Origin: Sedimentisphaerales bacterium | GTDB taxonomy: Bacteria; Planctomycetota; Phycisphaerae; Sedimentisphaerales; SM23-30 | NCBI GenBank assembly: GCA_963666285.1 | Contig: OY762711.1 | Strand: one strand, 5' to 3' | Length of the DNA stretch: 64,000 nucleotides | Part shown: positions 32,163-41,819 of the stretch, piece by piece | Position numbering within the stretch: the stretch's first letter is position 1 | Layout: the number at the start of each line of letters is the position of its first letter | Notes under the pieces: model-generated | What the model saw: the letters and a program-made list of their open reading frames with translations, nothing else | Databases searched by the model: none | Told to the model about the DNA's origin: nothing | Position numbers and translations under genes: made by a program

Positions 32163-33917
32163 TTATTTAACAATTTTAACACCATCAGGTGCTTCAATAT
32201 TAGATTTAACAGTACCATCGGGTAGTTTTTCATGACGAATTTTAATAACCCCCTGCGGTACAGGATAAGTTCCCTCAACCCATTTAAGGTCAACTAAATG
32301 AGGTTCAATCTTGACTACTTTACAACCTGGTTCCAGTGGCTTTACACCAAGTACATGCTCGCTAAGCCAGGCGGTAGGACCAGAAGCCCAGCCATGACAT
32401 AAGCTATGTCGAAATCCGACATAACAGTAATTACCAAAATCACCATGAATATCTTTTTTGCCTTCAGGCACTAATTCATCAATCGGAACTGCATTATCAG
32501 TCCAGTCCAGGTCAAAGTCTTCCCAAAATGTTGTAGCCCCCATATCAAGCATACCACCCCAATATTGACGAATAACATCAAGGCTGCCTTGATAATCCCT
32601 GGCTTTCGCTCTTGCCTGTAAAACGTAATAGCCATAAAAAGTAGACATACGTTTTGGACCATCAACAGCCATAACCTCCCGGTTCATTTTTTTGGCACCA
32701 GCCAAATCAGCTAATGCCAATAATGCCGCGGCTTGCTTGCTGTCAGCAGGGTCTGGCTTGCAAGTTCGAAGCTTTCGTACAGATTTAAGACACCTGTCTC
32801 TGGTATCAACCTCATTTAAAATCGAGCATAACTCTGCACCTTTTTCCAGCGTAATAATTAACAGTGCCTGCAACCCTGCATGCTTAGCCTTAGGATTTGC
32901 CTGACTGGGCCAATCAAGAAACCGCATTTCAGGAAGAGTTTCCTGGCCGTCTTCAGCAACAAAACCGGATAATTGATTTAACAAACCAGTAATGTACTCT
33001 TTTTGTTTACTAAGAAAATCGATATCTCCTGTATACAGATAATAATCATGCTGTATAAGCAGCCACCACATAGAATATGAGCTTATTCCATTCATCCATC
33101 CCGGAAGCGGTGTTTCTTCACGAATAAGATCAAGACTGTCTTTAACTATATTTTGCCGGCCAAAGACACACTGAATGGTCATTGTTTCAGGATGCATATC
33201 GCCAATCCAGACAAGGCGGTCACGTTTTATGCCATCCCACAGATAATCCTGCATATTTAGGTGTACAGTATACGCTCCAACCTTCCAAATCTCATTCAAT
33301 CGTTCATCATCACACCTGAACGACCCTTTATATTCTAACGGGCGATAAATAAAGACGGCCCGTACACTTTTGAGCTCTAAGAAACCATCACCTAAATAAT
33401 CGATTCTAACAAAGCGAAAACCGGTATTTCCAATTTCAGCCGTCCCAAGCCATGGAATTATTGTTTCCTGGTCACGAACAGCGTGGTCATTGGTAGGGTT
33501 CTTGCCAACGTACAGACCATCACTCATAGCTTCACTAACCGACTCACCAAATCGCACACGAACCGAAACCGGCTTATTACTTAAACTCCCATTTCGATTG
33601 TTCCAGGCCATAATCTGAATACCGCCGTGCAACTCTTTACCAAAATCAAGAAGAATTGAACCACCTGTATGAAGTGAGCATGGATTTGAAGAGCCAAGTG
33701 TTATCTGTCCTGAACGTTTTAATAAAAGTGCTTCCGAATTATTGACTATATCTTCTCCGGAGGTCCAGACAACACGTGTTGGTACCACATATTCTCTTAC
33801 CCGCGGATCAATATCACCGCCTGCCAGACTAGGCGTAGATGCATTTATTTCGCAAAAACATCCAATTGATAATATCAGCGATAATGAAATAATAATCATG
33901 CGTTTTGTTAAATTCAT
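32163..33917 (-). CDS. Exported alpha-L-rhamnosidase (GH78)
   Basis: LDFGKELHG, GFRFVRI, DGIKRDRLVWIGD, GATTFWE, SLCHGWASGP, signal peptide. The track starts at 33932. Confidence 0.9.
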   Translation of the reverse strand: MNLTKRMIIISLSLILSIGCFCEINASTPSLAGGDIDPRVREYVVPTRVVWTSGEDIVNNSEALLLKRSGQITLGSSNPCSLHTGGSILLDFGKELHGGIQIMAWNNRNGSLSNKPVSVRVRFGESVSEAMSDGLYVGKNPTNDHAVRDQETIIPWLGTAEIGNTGFRFVRIDYLGDGFLELKSVRAVFIYRPLEYKGSFRCDDERLNEIWKVGAYTVHLNMQDYLWDGIKRDRLVWIGDMHPETMTIQCVFGRQNIVKDSLDLIREETPLPGWMNGISSYSMWWLLIQHDYYLYTGDIDFLSKQKEYITGLLNQLSGFVAEDGQETLPEMRFLDWPSQANPKAKHAGLQALLIITLEKGAELCSILNEVDTRDRCLKSVRKLRTCKPDPADSKQAAALLALADLAGAKKMNREVMAVDGPKRMSTFYGYYVLQARAKARDYQGSLDVIRQYWGGMLDMGATTFWEDFDLDWTDNAVPIDELVPEGKKDIHGDFGNYCYVGFRHSLCHGWASGPTAWLSEHVLGVKPLEPGCKVVKIEPHLVDLKWVEGTYPVPQGVIKIRHEKLPDGTVKSNIEAPDGVKIVK

Positions 33918-33928
33918 ATAACCCCCTA

Positions 33929-34723
33929 TCATCGCTTCACTTCTGATATATTTTCTTGACCGGGATAAACCATTTTCACATTATGAGATCTAAGAAATTC
34001 TTCCCATTCCGAGTCAGGTCTTTCATTTGTTATAATTGTGGATATCTGGTGGAAATCCATGATCTTATATAAAGAAGGCTGACCGAATTTACTGCTATCA
34101 GCAAGTAAAATCAGCTCTGTAGCATTTTTGGCTGCAAAAGAATAGATATGGGCACTGTCAACATCGGATGCGGTAATACCAAAATCCATACCAAGGCCGT
34201 CAGTACCAAGGAAAGCACGATAGCCGCGAAGCTTTTCAAGAACTTCAGCGGCCATAGGGCCTACCGTATCCATTCTGTCCGGGCGATATTGACCGCCAAG
34301 CATGAGAACATTAATAGTAGGAATATTAAGTTCCTGAGCAATCCGGGCAGAGTTGATAATAATCGATAAGTTCCTTTTACTCCTAAGGTAAGGGGTCATC
34401 TGGAAACAAGTGGTACCAGAATCCAGGAATAAATGCTCGCCATCAATTATCATATCGCTGGCAAGCCTGGCGATGGCTTCTTTGGCTTCAACGTTTCTAA
34501 CCGATTTGGACATAAAGGAAAAATCGGTCTTGCGGACAACTGACGCTCCGCCGTGGGTAAGTTCAAGAAGTCCTTCGGCAGCCAAACCATGCAGATCCCT
34601 TCGAACAGTAGCTTCAGAGACGCCAAGCTGGTTGGAAAGCTGTCGTACCATTACATAACCCGCCTGGTATGCCGAAGACAGAATCTGTTCTTTTCGCTGG
34701 TTGATACCCATTTCTTTAGCCAT
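33929..34723 (-). CDS. DeoR/GlpR family regulator
   Basis: VSEATVRRDL HTH, HGGA, FLDSGTT, LADSSKF. Confidence 0.95.
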   Translation of the reverse strand: MAKEMGINQRKEQILSSAYQAGYVMVRQLSNQLGVSEATVRRDLHGLAAEGLLELTHGGASVVRKTDFSFMSKSVRNVEAKEAIARLASDMIIDGEHLFLDSGTTCFQMTPYLRSKRNLSIIINSARIAQELNIPTINVLMLGGQYRPDRMDTVGPMAAEVLEKLRGYRAFLGTDGLGMDFGITASDVDSAHIYSFAAKNATELILLADSSKFGQPSLYKIMDFHQISTIITNERPDSEWEEFLRSHNVKMVYPGQENISEVKR

Positions 34724-34914
34724 TTTTCACCTGCATCTATGTCTTATAGTCTTATAAAACAACAACTTGCGTACAATACACTGAAAATAAATTCACTAGA
34801 TTTTCAATGTCGCAAACAATAAGCATTAGCCACAAACAACGTGTAACTGCTTTGTCTAATATATAAAAAACCATAATTTACCCGAAAAATCAACAAAAAA
34901 ATGAAAAAAAATGC

Positions 34915-34949
34915 TTGCTTTATGATTGTTTTTGCAAGATAATCAATCA
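34915..34949 (+). promoter_or_regulatory. Putative promoter with an overlapping DeoR operator
   Basis: TTGCTT-17 nt-GATAAT (34915-34943) overlapped by the inverted repeat TGATTG-N15-CAATCA. Confidence 0.4.
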
Positions 34950-35080
34950 CTATAATAAGCGATAGTATCAAAAGGAATGTTAGACATATAATATGACACT
35001 AAGGAATAGTCAGGATACTATATTATAAATTGAAGCACTTATATCACGCTCGAATGAGCAAACTCAACTGTGAGGGTTAA

Positions 35081-37039
35081 ATGTTTTATATCACATTGCC
35101 AAAGAAGCTCCATAAAGCCAGCCAAGTTGTTATATATAAATGGCTTACAGGAGTTGGAGAGAAGATTGAAAAGGGACAAACGCTTTGCGTGGTCCATATC
35201 GGTCAGGAATTATTTGAGATCCAATCAGACATATCAGGCTGCCTTTTGAAGCAAACGGCACCGGCTGGCGGCGTTATTTCAGGTGTCGAGCCGGTTGCAG
35301 TAGTCGGAGAAAAAGGCGAAGACGTATCGATATTGGACAAAAACAGCGATATCAATACTGAAAACAAGGCTGAAAACGCAAAACAGGAAGTAATAGAGAG
35401 TAAAACAGAAACACAATCTGCCCAAGCAACCACAGCGGGAGTCGATAAAATGAGTTCAGAAAGTACAAGCTCAGCAGCGCAAGGTGAAGTTATCCCTATA
35501 CTGATGCCTCAAGCAGGTCAGAGTATGGAAGAAGGAACGATAGTAGCGTGGAAAGTAGCGGAAGGCGACCGAATAGAGGTTGGGCAGATAATCATGGAAA
35601 TCGAGACAGACAAAGCAGTTATGGAAGTAGAAGCTGCGGATGCCGGTCTAGTAGCCAAGATAATAAGCAAAGAAGGCGATATAGTCGAGGTTAAGCAGCC
35701 GGTCGCATTTCTGGCAGAAGAAGGCGTTGACCTGAGCTCTTATACAGGTGTAACAGCAACAAGCGAAGCACCAGCAACAAGCGAAGCACCAGCGGCCAGC
35801 AACGGCGCTACCGCGGCGGCGAACGAAGCCCCTGCGGCGATGCCGGAAGGAGTAACGCCGATTCTGATGCCGCAAGCGGGTCAGAGTATGGAAGAGGGAA
35901 CGATTGTAGCCTGGAAAGTAGCAGAAGGCGACCGCATAGAAGTCGGCCAGGTTATAATGGAAATCGAGACAGATAAAGCAGTTATGGAAGTAGAAGCTGT
36001 TGATGCGGGCCGGGTTGCGAAGATTGTGAGCCAGGAAGGTGATATAGTTGAGGTAAAAGAGCCGGTTGCATACCTGGCAGAAGAAGGCGTAGACGTTGAC
36101 GGCTATATCGCGGCGAGCAGCGGCGGTGCAGCAGGCGTCCAGCCGAGCAGCAGCCACCAGCAAGCGAACAAAGGAAGCGTCGCGTCGGCCAACGGCGAGC
36201 TGAAACAATCGAAATCGCCCGCGCAGCGCACTGAGACGGGTCGCGTCAAGGCCTCGCCGGCCGCGCGGAAGGCAGCTGCCGATGCAGGCATCAACCTGTC
36301 ATCGATCAGTGCCGGGTCCGGGCCGGGTGGTCGCATCCTGTCAACGGATGTAAAAAATGCCAAAATCATCCCATCTGAAGAGGTGGTCATACCACTTACC
36401 AAGATGCGTCGAGCAATTGCCAAGAACCTTCAATATTCGAAACAGACAGTACCACATTTCTATATGAAAGGTACTATTGATGCCGCTAAATTATTTGACA
36501 CTTATAAAGCGACTAAAGAAGAGTTCAAATGCTCAGTGAATGATTTTGTTACCATGGCATGTGCCAAGGCAATACGTCAGTACCCGGCATTCAGGAGTCA
36601 GTATATCGACGACCAGATAGTTGAGAAACCACTGGTGAATATCGGTATAGCGGTTGGAACTGATGACGGGCTGACCGTGCCGGTAGTATGCGATATTGAC
36701 AGGATGACACTAGAGAGATTGGCAGCCAGAACTCGTGAGGTAGTGGAATCGGCACGTAACGGCAAGATGGAAGGTGTCGGCCAGGGCATATTTACAATTA
36801 CGAACCTAGGCATGTTCGGCACAGAAGAATTTTCAGCGATAATCAATCCGCCGGAAGCCGCTATCCTGGCAGTCGGCGCGATTCGTGAAGATATAATAGT
36901 TAAAAACGGTGCGATTATGCCGACACGTGTGATGACAATGACGCTGAGCGTTGACCATAGAGTAATTGACGGCGTATTGGCGGCCCAGTTTATGAATACG
37001 CTTAAAGAGACATTAGAGAATCCAGAAAAGCTCCTATAA
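35081..37039 (+). CDS. Dihydrolipoamide acyltransferase E2 (one degenerate and two intact lipoyl domains)
   Basis: Two ETDKA lipoyl domains, ASPAARK..GSGPGGRI E3-binding domain, FTITNLG, DHRVIDG. Confidence 0.95.
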   Translation: MFYITLPKKLHKASQVVIYKWLTGVGEKIEKGQTLCVVHIGQELFEIQSDISGCLLKQTAPAGGVISGVEPVAVVGEKGEDVSILDKNSDINTENKAENAKQEVIESKTETQSAQATTAGVDKMSSESTSSAAQGEVIPILMPQAGQSMEEGTIVAWKVAEGDRIEVGQIIMEIETDKAVMEVEAADAGLVAKIISKEGDIVEVKQPVAFLAEEGVDLSSYTGVTATSEAPATSEAPAASNGATAAANEAPAAMPEGVTPILMPQAGQSMEEGTIVAWKVAEGDRIEVGQVIMEIETDKAVMEVEAVDAGRVAKIVSQEGDIVEVKEPVAYLAEEGVDVDGYIAASSGGAAGVQPSSSHQQANKGSVASANGELKQSKSPAQRTETGRVKASPAARKAAADAGINLSSISAGSGPGGRILSTDVKNAKIIPSEEVVIPLTKMRRAIAKNLQYSKQTVPHFYMKGTIDAAKLFDTYKATKEEFKCSVNDFVTMACAKAIRQYPAFRSQYIDDQIVEKPLVNIGIAVGTDDGLTVPVVCDIDRMTLERLAARTREVVESARNGKMEGVGQGIFTITNLGMFGTEEFSAIINPPEAAILAVGAIREDIIVKNGAIMPTRVMTMTLSVDHRVIDGVLAAQFMNTLKETLENPEKLL

Positions 37040-37051
37040 TAGCTTTTCTAA

Positions 37052-37114
37052 AAGAGTAAATTGTAAAATAAAAAGTGTAAAGAAGGTGTCCAGCACCGTA
37101 CGGTACAGGACCTT
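37052..37114 (+). repeat. Heptamer-run plus bulged GGTGT hairpin repeat
   Basis: aagagta|aattgta|aaataaa|aagtgta|aagaaggtgtcc...ggacctt. Confidence 0.85.
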
Positions 37115-37238
37115 ATTTTAATCGGCTGACGCCGAAATAATTTGAACCACTGATACTGAATTAACGCAGAAAAATAACATTAAAAAGAAGACCGCGTGGG
37201 TACTCCTCAGCAAAAGCTTCGGAATTTACCCACCCTAC
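37115..37238 (+). repeat. About 125-bp repeat ending in a GTAG-type REP-like palindrome, copy 1
   Basis: Aligns with 38715-38844; minus strand reads GTAGGGTGGGTAAA...TACCCACGC. Confidence 0.85.
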
Positions 37239-37251
37239 AGATGGACTAAAA

Positions 37252-38679
37252 ATGGCAGAACATTATGATATAGCAGTACTCGGAGCGGGACCTGGCGGAT
37301 ATGTGGCAGCGTTGAAAGCAGCACAGATGGGTGCCAAGGTTGCGATAGTAGAGAAACATCATTTCGGCGGCACATGCCTGAACTACGGGTGTATCCCGTC
37401 GAAGGCTTTGCTGGCCTCTGCTGAGATGCTGTATAAGATCCATGACTGCAAATCGCTGGAGATAACAGTCGATGGTAAAGTAAGTTTCGATTGGGATAAG
37501 ATCCAGAAGCGTAAGAATAAAGTTCTGACTAAGCTTCGAGGTGGTATTAAGGGGTTGCTTACAGCTCGCAAGGTTAAGCAGTATGCCGGAAAGGCGGTAC
37601 TGGACGGTGTTGGTAAGGTAAACGTTATCGGCGAGAAAGGTACAGAATCATTTACTGCTGAAAAGATAATCCTGGCGGTAGGTTCTACCCCGGCCCGGAT
37701 ACCAGGCTGGCCGACAAAGCCTGATCTGGTATGCACTTCGGACGAAGCGCTGCACTGGAAAGAGCTGCCGAAGAAGCTGCTGATAGTAGGCGGCGGTGTA
37801 ATCGGTTGTGAGTTTGCGTGCATGATGCACGAATATGGTGTTGAGGTGACGATAGTTGAGCTGATGGATAGCCTGCTGCCAGAGATGGAAAGATCGCTGG
37901 GTGAGACACTGGGCGATGTTTTCCGGAAACGTGGGATGAAGATTTATACCGGTGTAAAGGTTGAGAGCCTGACCGAGGATAAAGGCGGGATAAAAGCCGT
38001 ATTGTCCGGTGATGAAAAACTTGAAGTTCATAAAGTACTGGTTGCTACCGGTAGAAGACCGGCGACCGGCGAGATCGGGCTGGAGACTATCGGGCTGGAG
38101 GCCGAGCGAGGTTTTATAAAAGTTAATGATAAAATGGAGACCGCGGTAAAGGGCTATTACTGTATTGGTGACGCGAACGGTCGATGCCTGCTGGCTCATG
38201 CTGCCAGTGCCCAGGGAGAGGTAGCAGTTGAAAATGCACTTGGCCATGATAAGGCACAGACCAGGCCGATACCAGGTGCGGTATATACGTTCCCTGAGAT
38301 AGCGTCGGTTGGGCTGACAACAAAACAGGCTAAAGAGCGAAATATTCCGATCGCGGTCGGCGAGTTTCCGATTGGATATCTCGGTAAGGCGATGGCGGTT
38401 GGCGAAGAGTTCGGGTTTGTCCGGGTGATCCGCAGCCTGGAAGATGATACGCTGCTGGGCGTACATATGATCGGACATAACGCAACTGAGATAATAGAGA
38501 GTGCCGCGGCGATGCTGACACTTAAGGCGAAGGCGAGCGAGTTGGGCGAGATGATATTTGCCCATCCGACAATATCGGAAGCAGTGAAGGAAGCAGCTGA
38601 AGATTCGTTTGAGAAGGCACTGCATATGCCGCCGAGGAAAATAACAACATTAGTTGCAGATTCAAATAAAGTTGGATAA
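37252..38679 (+). CDS. lpdA: Dihydrolipoyl dehydrogenase E3
   Basis: GAGPGGY, GGTCLNYGCIPSK, GGGVIG, HPTISE. Confidence 0.96.
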   Translation: MAEHYDIAVLGAGPGGYVAALKAAQMGAKVAIVEKHHFGGTCLNYGCIPSKALLASAEMLYKIHDCKSLEITVDGKVSFDWDKIQKRKNKVLTKLRGGIKGLLTARKVKQYAGKAVLDGVGKVNVIGEKGTESFTAEKIILAVGSTPARIPGWPTKPDLVCTSDEALHWKELPKKLLIVGGGVIGCEFACMMHEYGVEVTIVELMDSLLPEMERSLGETLGDVFRKRGMKIYTGVKVESLTEDKGGIKAVLSGDEKLEVHKVLVATGRRPATGEIGLETIGLEAERGFIKVNDKMETAVKGYYCIGDANGRCLLAHAASAQGEVAVENALGHDKAQTRPIPGAVYTFPEIASVGLTTKQAKERNIPIAVGEFPIGYLGKAMAVGEEFGFVRVIRSLEDDTLLGVHMIGHNATEIIESAAAMLTLKAKASELGEMIFAHPTISEAVKEAAEDSFEKALHMPPRKITTLVADSNKVG

Positions 38680-38681
38680 GG

Positions 38682-38844
38682 CATAAGGGAAGGATTTGCC
38701 TTACGGCAAAACTAATTTATATCGGCTGACGGCGAAATAATTTGAACGACAAATAAGACACTGAATTAACGCAGATAAAATAATACAAAAAAGATGACAG
38801 CGTGGGTACTCCGCAAACGAGTCTGCGAAATTTACCCACCCTAC
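38682..38844 (+). repeat. CATAAGGGAAGGA-hairpin module plus copy 2 of the REP-like repeat
   Basis: 38682-38713 matches 43723-43753; 38715-38844 matches 37115-37238. Confidence 0.85.
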
Positions 38845-38860
38845 AAAAGGAAAAAGATAG

Positions 38861-40123
38861 ATGGCTGGAACTGAATCTACAAACGGATTCTTAAAGAATA
38901 TTGGGTCAACCGAAGCAATCAAGGCAGAGGCGGGAAATAGCCCGGCCCTGGCAAAGCCTATCGTATCTAACAGTCATATCCATATCCCGCCGAACTTTTC
39001 AGCGTTTGAAACAATCGGTCAGGCGGTTGAGCTGGCGGCGAATGAAGGGATCAATGTTTTGGGGACCGGTAACTATTATGACTTTTCGGTCTATAAAGGG
39101 TTTGCCGATGAATGCCTGGCGAAGAATATCTTTCCGCTGTTCAGTACTGAGATAATCGCGTTGGAGAAAGAGCTGCAGGCGGAAAATATCCGGGTGAACG
39201 ATCCGGGTAACCCTGGTAAATATTATATCTGCGGTAAGAGTATAACGAAATTTGAAGAGTTTACGCCGAGAGCGGCTGAGCTTAACAAGCGGATCCGTGA
39301 TAATGACGCCCTGCGTATGACAGAGATGGCTGCGAAGATGGCGGACTATTTTGCCGGGTTCGGGGTTGATACCAAGCTGGACGATCAGGCGGTAATAGCA
39401 CGAGTTGTGAAACGGCATAACTGCAAGCCTGAAACGGTGACCCTGCAGGAGCGGCATCTGGCACAGGCGTTTCAGGAAGTGTTCTTTGAGCTGGTCGATG
39501 CCGATAGCAGAGCAGCTAAACTGGCAGAGATATTTGGTACCGAACCTAAAGCTGACATTAATGATGCGGTTGGAATCCAGAATGAGATCCGGTCGTATCT
39601 GATGAAGGCCGGTAAGCCATGCTTCGTGGAAGAGTCGTTTGTGACACTGGCCGAAGCGCAGGAATATATCGAAGAGCTGGGCGGGATATCATGTTACCCG
39701 ACGCTGGCGGACGGGTCTAAGGTACCGTGCGAGTATGAAACGCCGGTTGAAAATCTGATCGATACACTAAAGAAGAGTAATTTCCCGATGCTGGAGTTCA
39801 TCCCGAACCGTAATACGCCGGAGGTACTGGAGCAGTATGTAACAGCGGTTCGTAATGCAGGGCTGGTAGTGATAGCCGGGACCGAACATAATACACTGGC
39901 ACTGGACCCGCTTGAACCGAAATGTGTGGGCGGAAAAGATATCCCGGCTAAGGTTCAGGAGATCTTCCATGAAGGTATCTGCGTGCTGGCGGCTCATCAG
40001 TTTTTGTGTGCGAACGGCGAAGCAGGGTTTCCGCAGAGATATAAAGACGCATCGGATAAAGAAAGCGTGATCGAAGAGTTCAGAAAGATAGGAACTGTAG
40101 TTTTGAACAGAAATAACATTTAA
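38861..40123 (+). CDS. PHP-domain metallo-phosphoesterase-like protein
   Basis: NSHIH (HxH), STE, ERHLA, EFIPNRN, AGTEHN. Confidence 0.75.
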   Translation: MAGTESTNGFLKNIGSTEAIKAEAGNSPALAKPIVSNSHIHIPPNFSAFETIGQAVELAANEGINVLGTGNYYDFSVYKGFADECLAKNIFPLFSTEIIALEKELQAENIRVNDPGNPGKYYICGKSITKFEEFTPRAAELNKRIRDNDALRMTEMAAKMADYFAGFGVDTKLDDQAVIARVVKRHNCKPETVTLQERHLAQAFQEVFFELVDADSRAAKLAEIFGTEPKADINDAVGIQNEIRSYLMKAGKPCFVEESFVTLAEAQEYIEELGGISCYPTLADGSKVPCEYETPVENLIDTLKKSNFPMLEFIPNRNTPEVLEQYVTAVRNAGLVVIAGTEHNTLALDPLEPKCVGGKDIPAKVQEIFHEGICVLAAHQFLCANGEAGFPQRYKDASDKESVIEEFRKIGTVVLNRNNI

Positions 40124-40194
40124 AAGAGTAAAGTGTAAAATAAAAAGTGTAAAGAAGGTGTCGCTAGCGCGACCTTGTTTTAAAGCTGACGCAA
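40124..40194 (+). repeat. Heptamer-run, GGTGT hairpin and mini-hairpin forming the leader of the four-helix-bundle gene
   Basis: aagagta|aagtgta|aaataaa|aagtgta|aagaaggtgtcgctagcgcgacctt...gctgacgcaa; nearly identical to 49766-49837. Confidence 0.9.
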
Positions 40195-40557
40195 ATGGAA
40201 AAACTATCCGACAGGACAAAAGAATTTGCAATTAGAATTATAAAATTATGCCAGGTAATAGATTCCAAACCTGGCATAGGAAAGCTGCTATGTAAACAAT
40301 TGCTTCGATCTGGTACATCAATTGGAGCAAATATTGCTGAAAGTGAAGGAGCACAAAGCGATGCTGACTATCTGACAAAATGCAGCATTGCCGTAAAAGA
40401 AGCTCGAGAGACCCAATATTGGCTTGACCTTCTAATACAGTCAGAAATAATAAATGAGAACAGACCAAAAGATATTAAACAAGAAAGCGACGAAATAGTT
40501 GCTATCTTAACTACTATTTGTAAGAAAATGAAAGATAAGCATAACGCTAAAGTGTAA
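40195..40557 (+). CDS. Four-helix-bundle protein (23S rRNA IVS protein/bAvd-like family)
   Basis: RTKEFAIRII, KQLLRSGTSIGANIAE, KEARETQYWL; markedly more AT-rich than its neighbours. Confidence 0.93.
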   Translation: MEKLSDRTKEFAIRIIKLCQVIDSKPGIGKLLCKQLLRSGTSIGANIAESEGAQSDADYLTKCSIAVKEARETQYWLDLLIQSEIINENRPKDIKQESDEIVAILTTICKKMKDKHNAKV

Positions 40558-40660
40558 AGAAGGTATAATGCCGCGGAGCGGCAAGTGAAGAGAAGAACTA
40601 AGAGCGAAGAGTTGCGGTGTTGCTTCGCGACCAAATTTTATCGCTCACATGTGTTCGCGA
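40549..40660 (+). repeat. Repeat cluster downstream of the four-helix-bundle gene
   Basis: AAAGTGTAAAGAAGGT (contains the stop codon), hairpin tgccgc-gga-gcggca, then aagtgaa..gaactaa|gagcgaa|gagttgc|ggtgttgcttcgcgacc. Confidence 0.85.
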
Positions 40661-40709
40661 ATAAATAAGAATAAAAGATTAACGCAAAACAGGATTTGAA
40701 AGATTAAAG

Positions 40710-41795
40710 ATGGCAGATGTAACAGATAAAATAAATATAATATCGCCGATGCTAAGAGGGCTGCTGGCGAAAGATGATATACGGCCTGTGATCAGTTTTG
40801 TTGAAGCAGCTGACTGCAAATGCAGCGGAGTAAAAGTATCTATCAGCGATTACGATGAAGCTAAGGTACTGGAGGCCCTGGCCGGAGCGGTACAAGGTAA
40901 AGATGCAGAATGTGTCGAGGTTGAAGGTGTCGGCTGCTTTAATGTGAAATATCCCGAACCGGACCCTGTTAAACGGGTATGCGGCAAGGTAGCGATTGTG
41001 ACCGGTGCGGCGCAAGGGTTTGGGCTTGAGATAGCACAGGATCTGGTCGGACAGGGAGCGTATGTGGTGCTGGCGGACCTTAATATCGAAGCGGCAGAAA
41101 ACGAAGCGAAACTGCTGCAGGAAAAGTTCGGCGCTGATAATGCATATGCTATAAAGATGAATGTGACCGATCTGGTATCGATAAAGGAAGCGATATCAAC
41201 TGTCGTGAAGAGATACGGCGGGTTTGATGTGTTTGTCTCTAATGCCGGTGTGCTGAAGGCTGAAAGTGTGAAGACACAGCCGGAGAAGGATTTCGATTTT
41301 GTTACGGCGGTAAACTATAAAGGCTATTTTCTGACGACCCAGGTGGTATCGCAGATATTGAGCCGCCAGAATAAAGCTAACCGGTCGCTCTATAGCGATA
41401 TTATCCAGATAAACTCCAAGAGCGGGCTGGTCGGTTCTAACAGGAACGGAGCTTATGCCGGCGGCAAGTTCGGCGGGATCGGGTTGACCCAGTCGTTTGC
41501 GTTGGAATTGATCGATGACGGGATAAAAGTTAACTCGATCTGTCCTGGTAATTTCTTTGATGGGCCGCTCTGGTCTGAGCCTACGAACGGGCTGTTTGCC
41601 CAGTATCTGAGGACGGGTAAGGTGCCAGGTGCCAAGACAATCGAAGATGTAAAACATTTTTATGAAGAAAAGGTGCCGATGAAACGCGGGTGTACGACCG
41701 CTGATGTGATGAAGGCGGTGTATTACCTGATCGAACAGAAATATGAAACCGGGCAGGCAGTACCTGTTACCGGCGGACAAGTAATGTTAAATTAA
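40710..41795 (+). CDS. SDR oxidoreductase, sorbitol-6-phosphate dehydrogenase (SrlD)-like, with an N-terminal extension
   Basis: TGAAQGFG, SNAG, INSKSG.VGS..N..YAGGKFGGIGLTQS.ALEL, KVPMKRGC. Confidence 0.88.
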   Translation: MADVTDKINIISPMLRGLLAKDDIRPVISFVEAADCKCSGVKVSISDYDEAKVLEALAGAVQGKDAECVEVEGVGCFNVKYPEPDPVKRVCGKVAIVTGAAQGFGLEIAQDLVGQGAYVVLADLNIEAAENEAKLLQEKFGADNAYAIKMNVTDLVSIKEAISTVVKRYGGFDVFVSNAGVLKAESVKTQPEKDFDFVTAVNYKGYFLTTQVVSQILSRQNKANRSLYSDIIQINSKSGLVGSNRNGAYAGGKFGGIGLTQSFALELIDDGIKVNSICPGNFFDGPLWSEPTNGLFAQYLRTGKVPGAKTIEDVKHFYEEKVPMKRGCTTADVMKAVYYLIEQKYETGQAVPVTGGQVMLN

Positions 41796-41819
41796 AAAAC
41801 AACAGTTTTTTAATTTAAC

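Noticed and set aside
35755..35794. 18-bp tandem repeat (ATSEAP x2) in E2, and GAGKTLE repeats in the AsmA-like tail near 28305-28360
   Set aside because: Ordinary low-complexity linker or tail repeats.
35494..36090. Diverged ~230-bp duplication as a DGR template/variable pair, given the Avd-like gene
   Set aside because: These are the two lipoyl domains. Differences are mostly synonymous and not adenine-specific, and there is no reverse transcriptase in the window.
37648..38625. 325-aa minus-strand ORF and many other antisense ORFs in the track
   Set aside because: Shadow frames of well-supported genes (here lpdA) with no recognisable motifs.
40195..40557. rRNA intervening sequence
   Set aside because: The protein family was named from 23S IVS elements, but no rRNA sequence flanks this gene.
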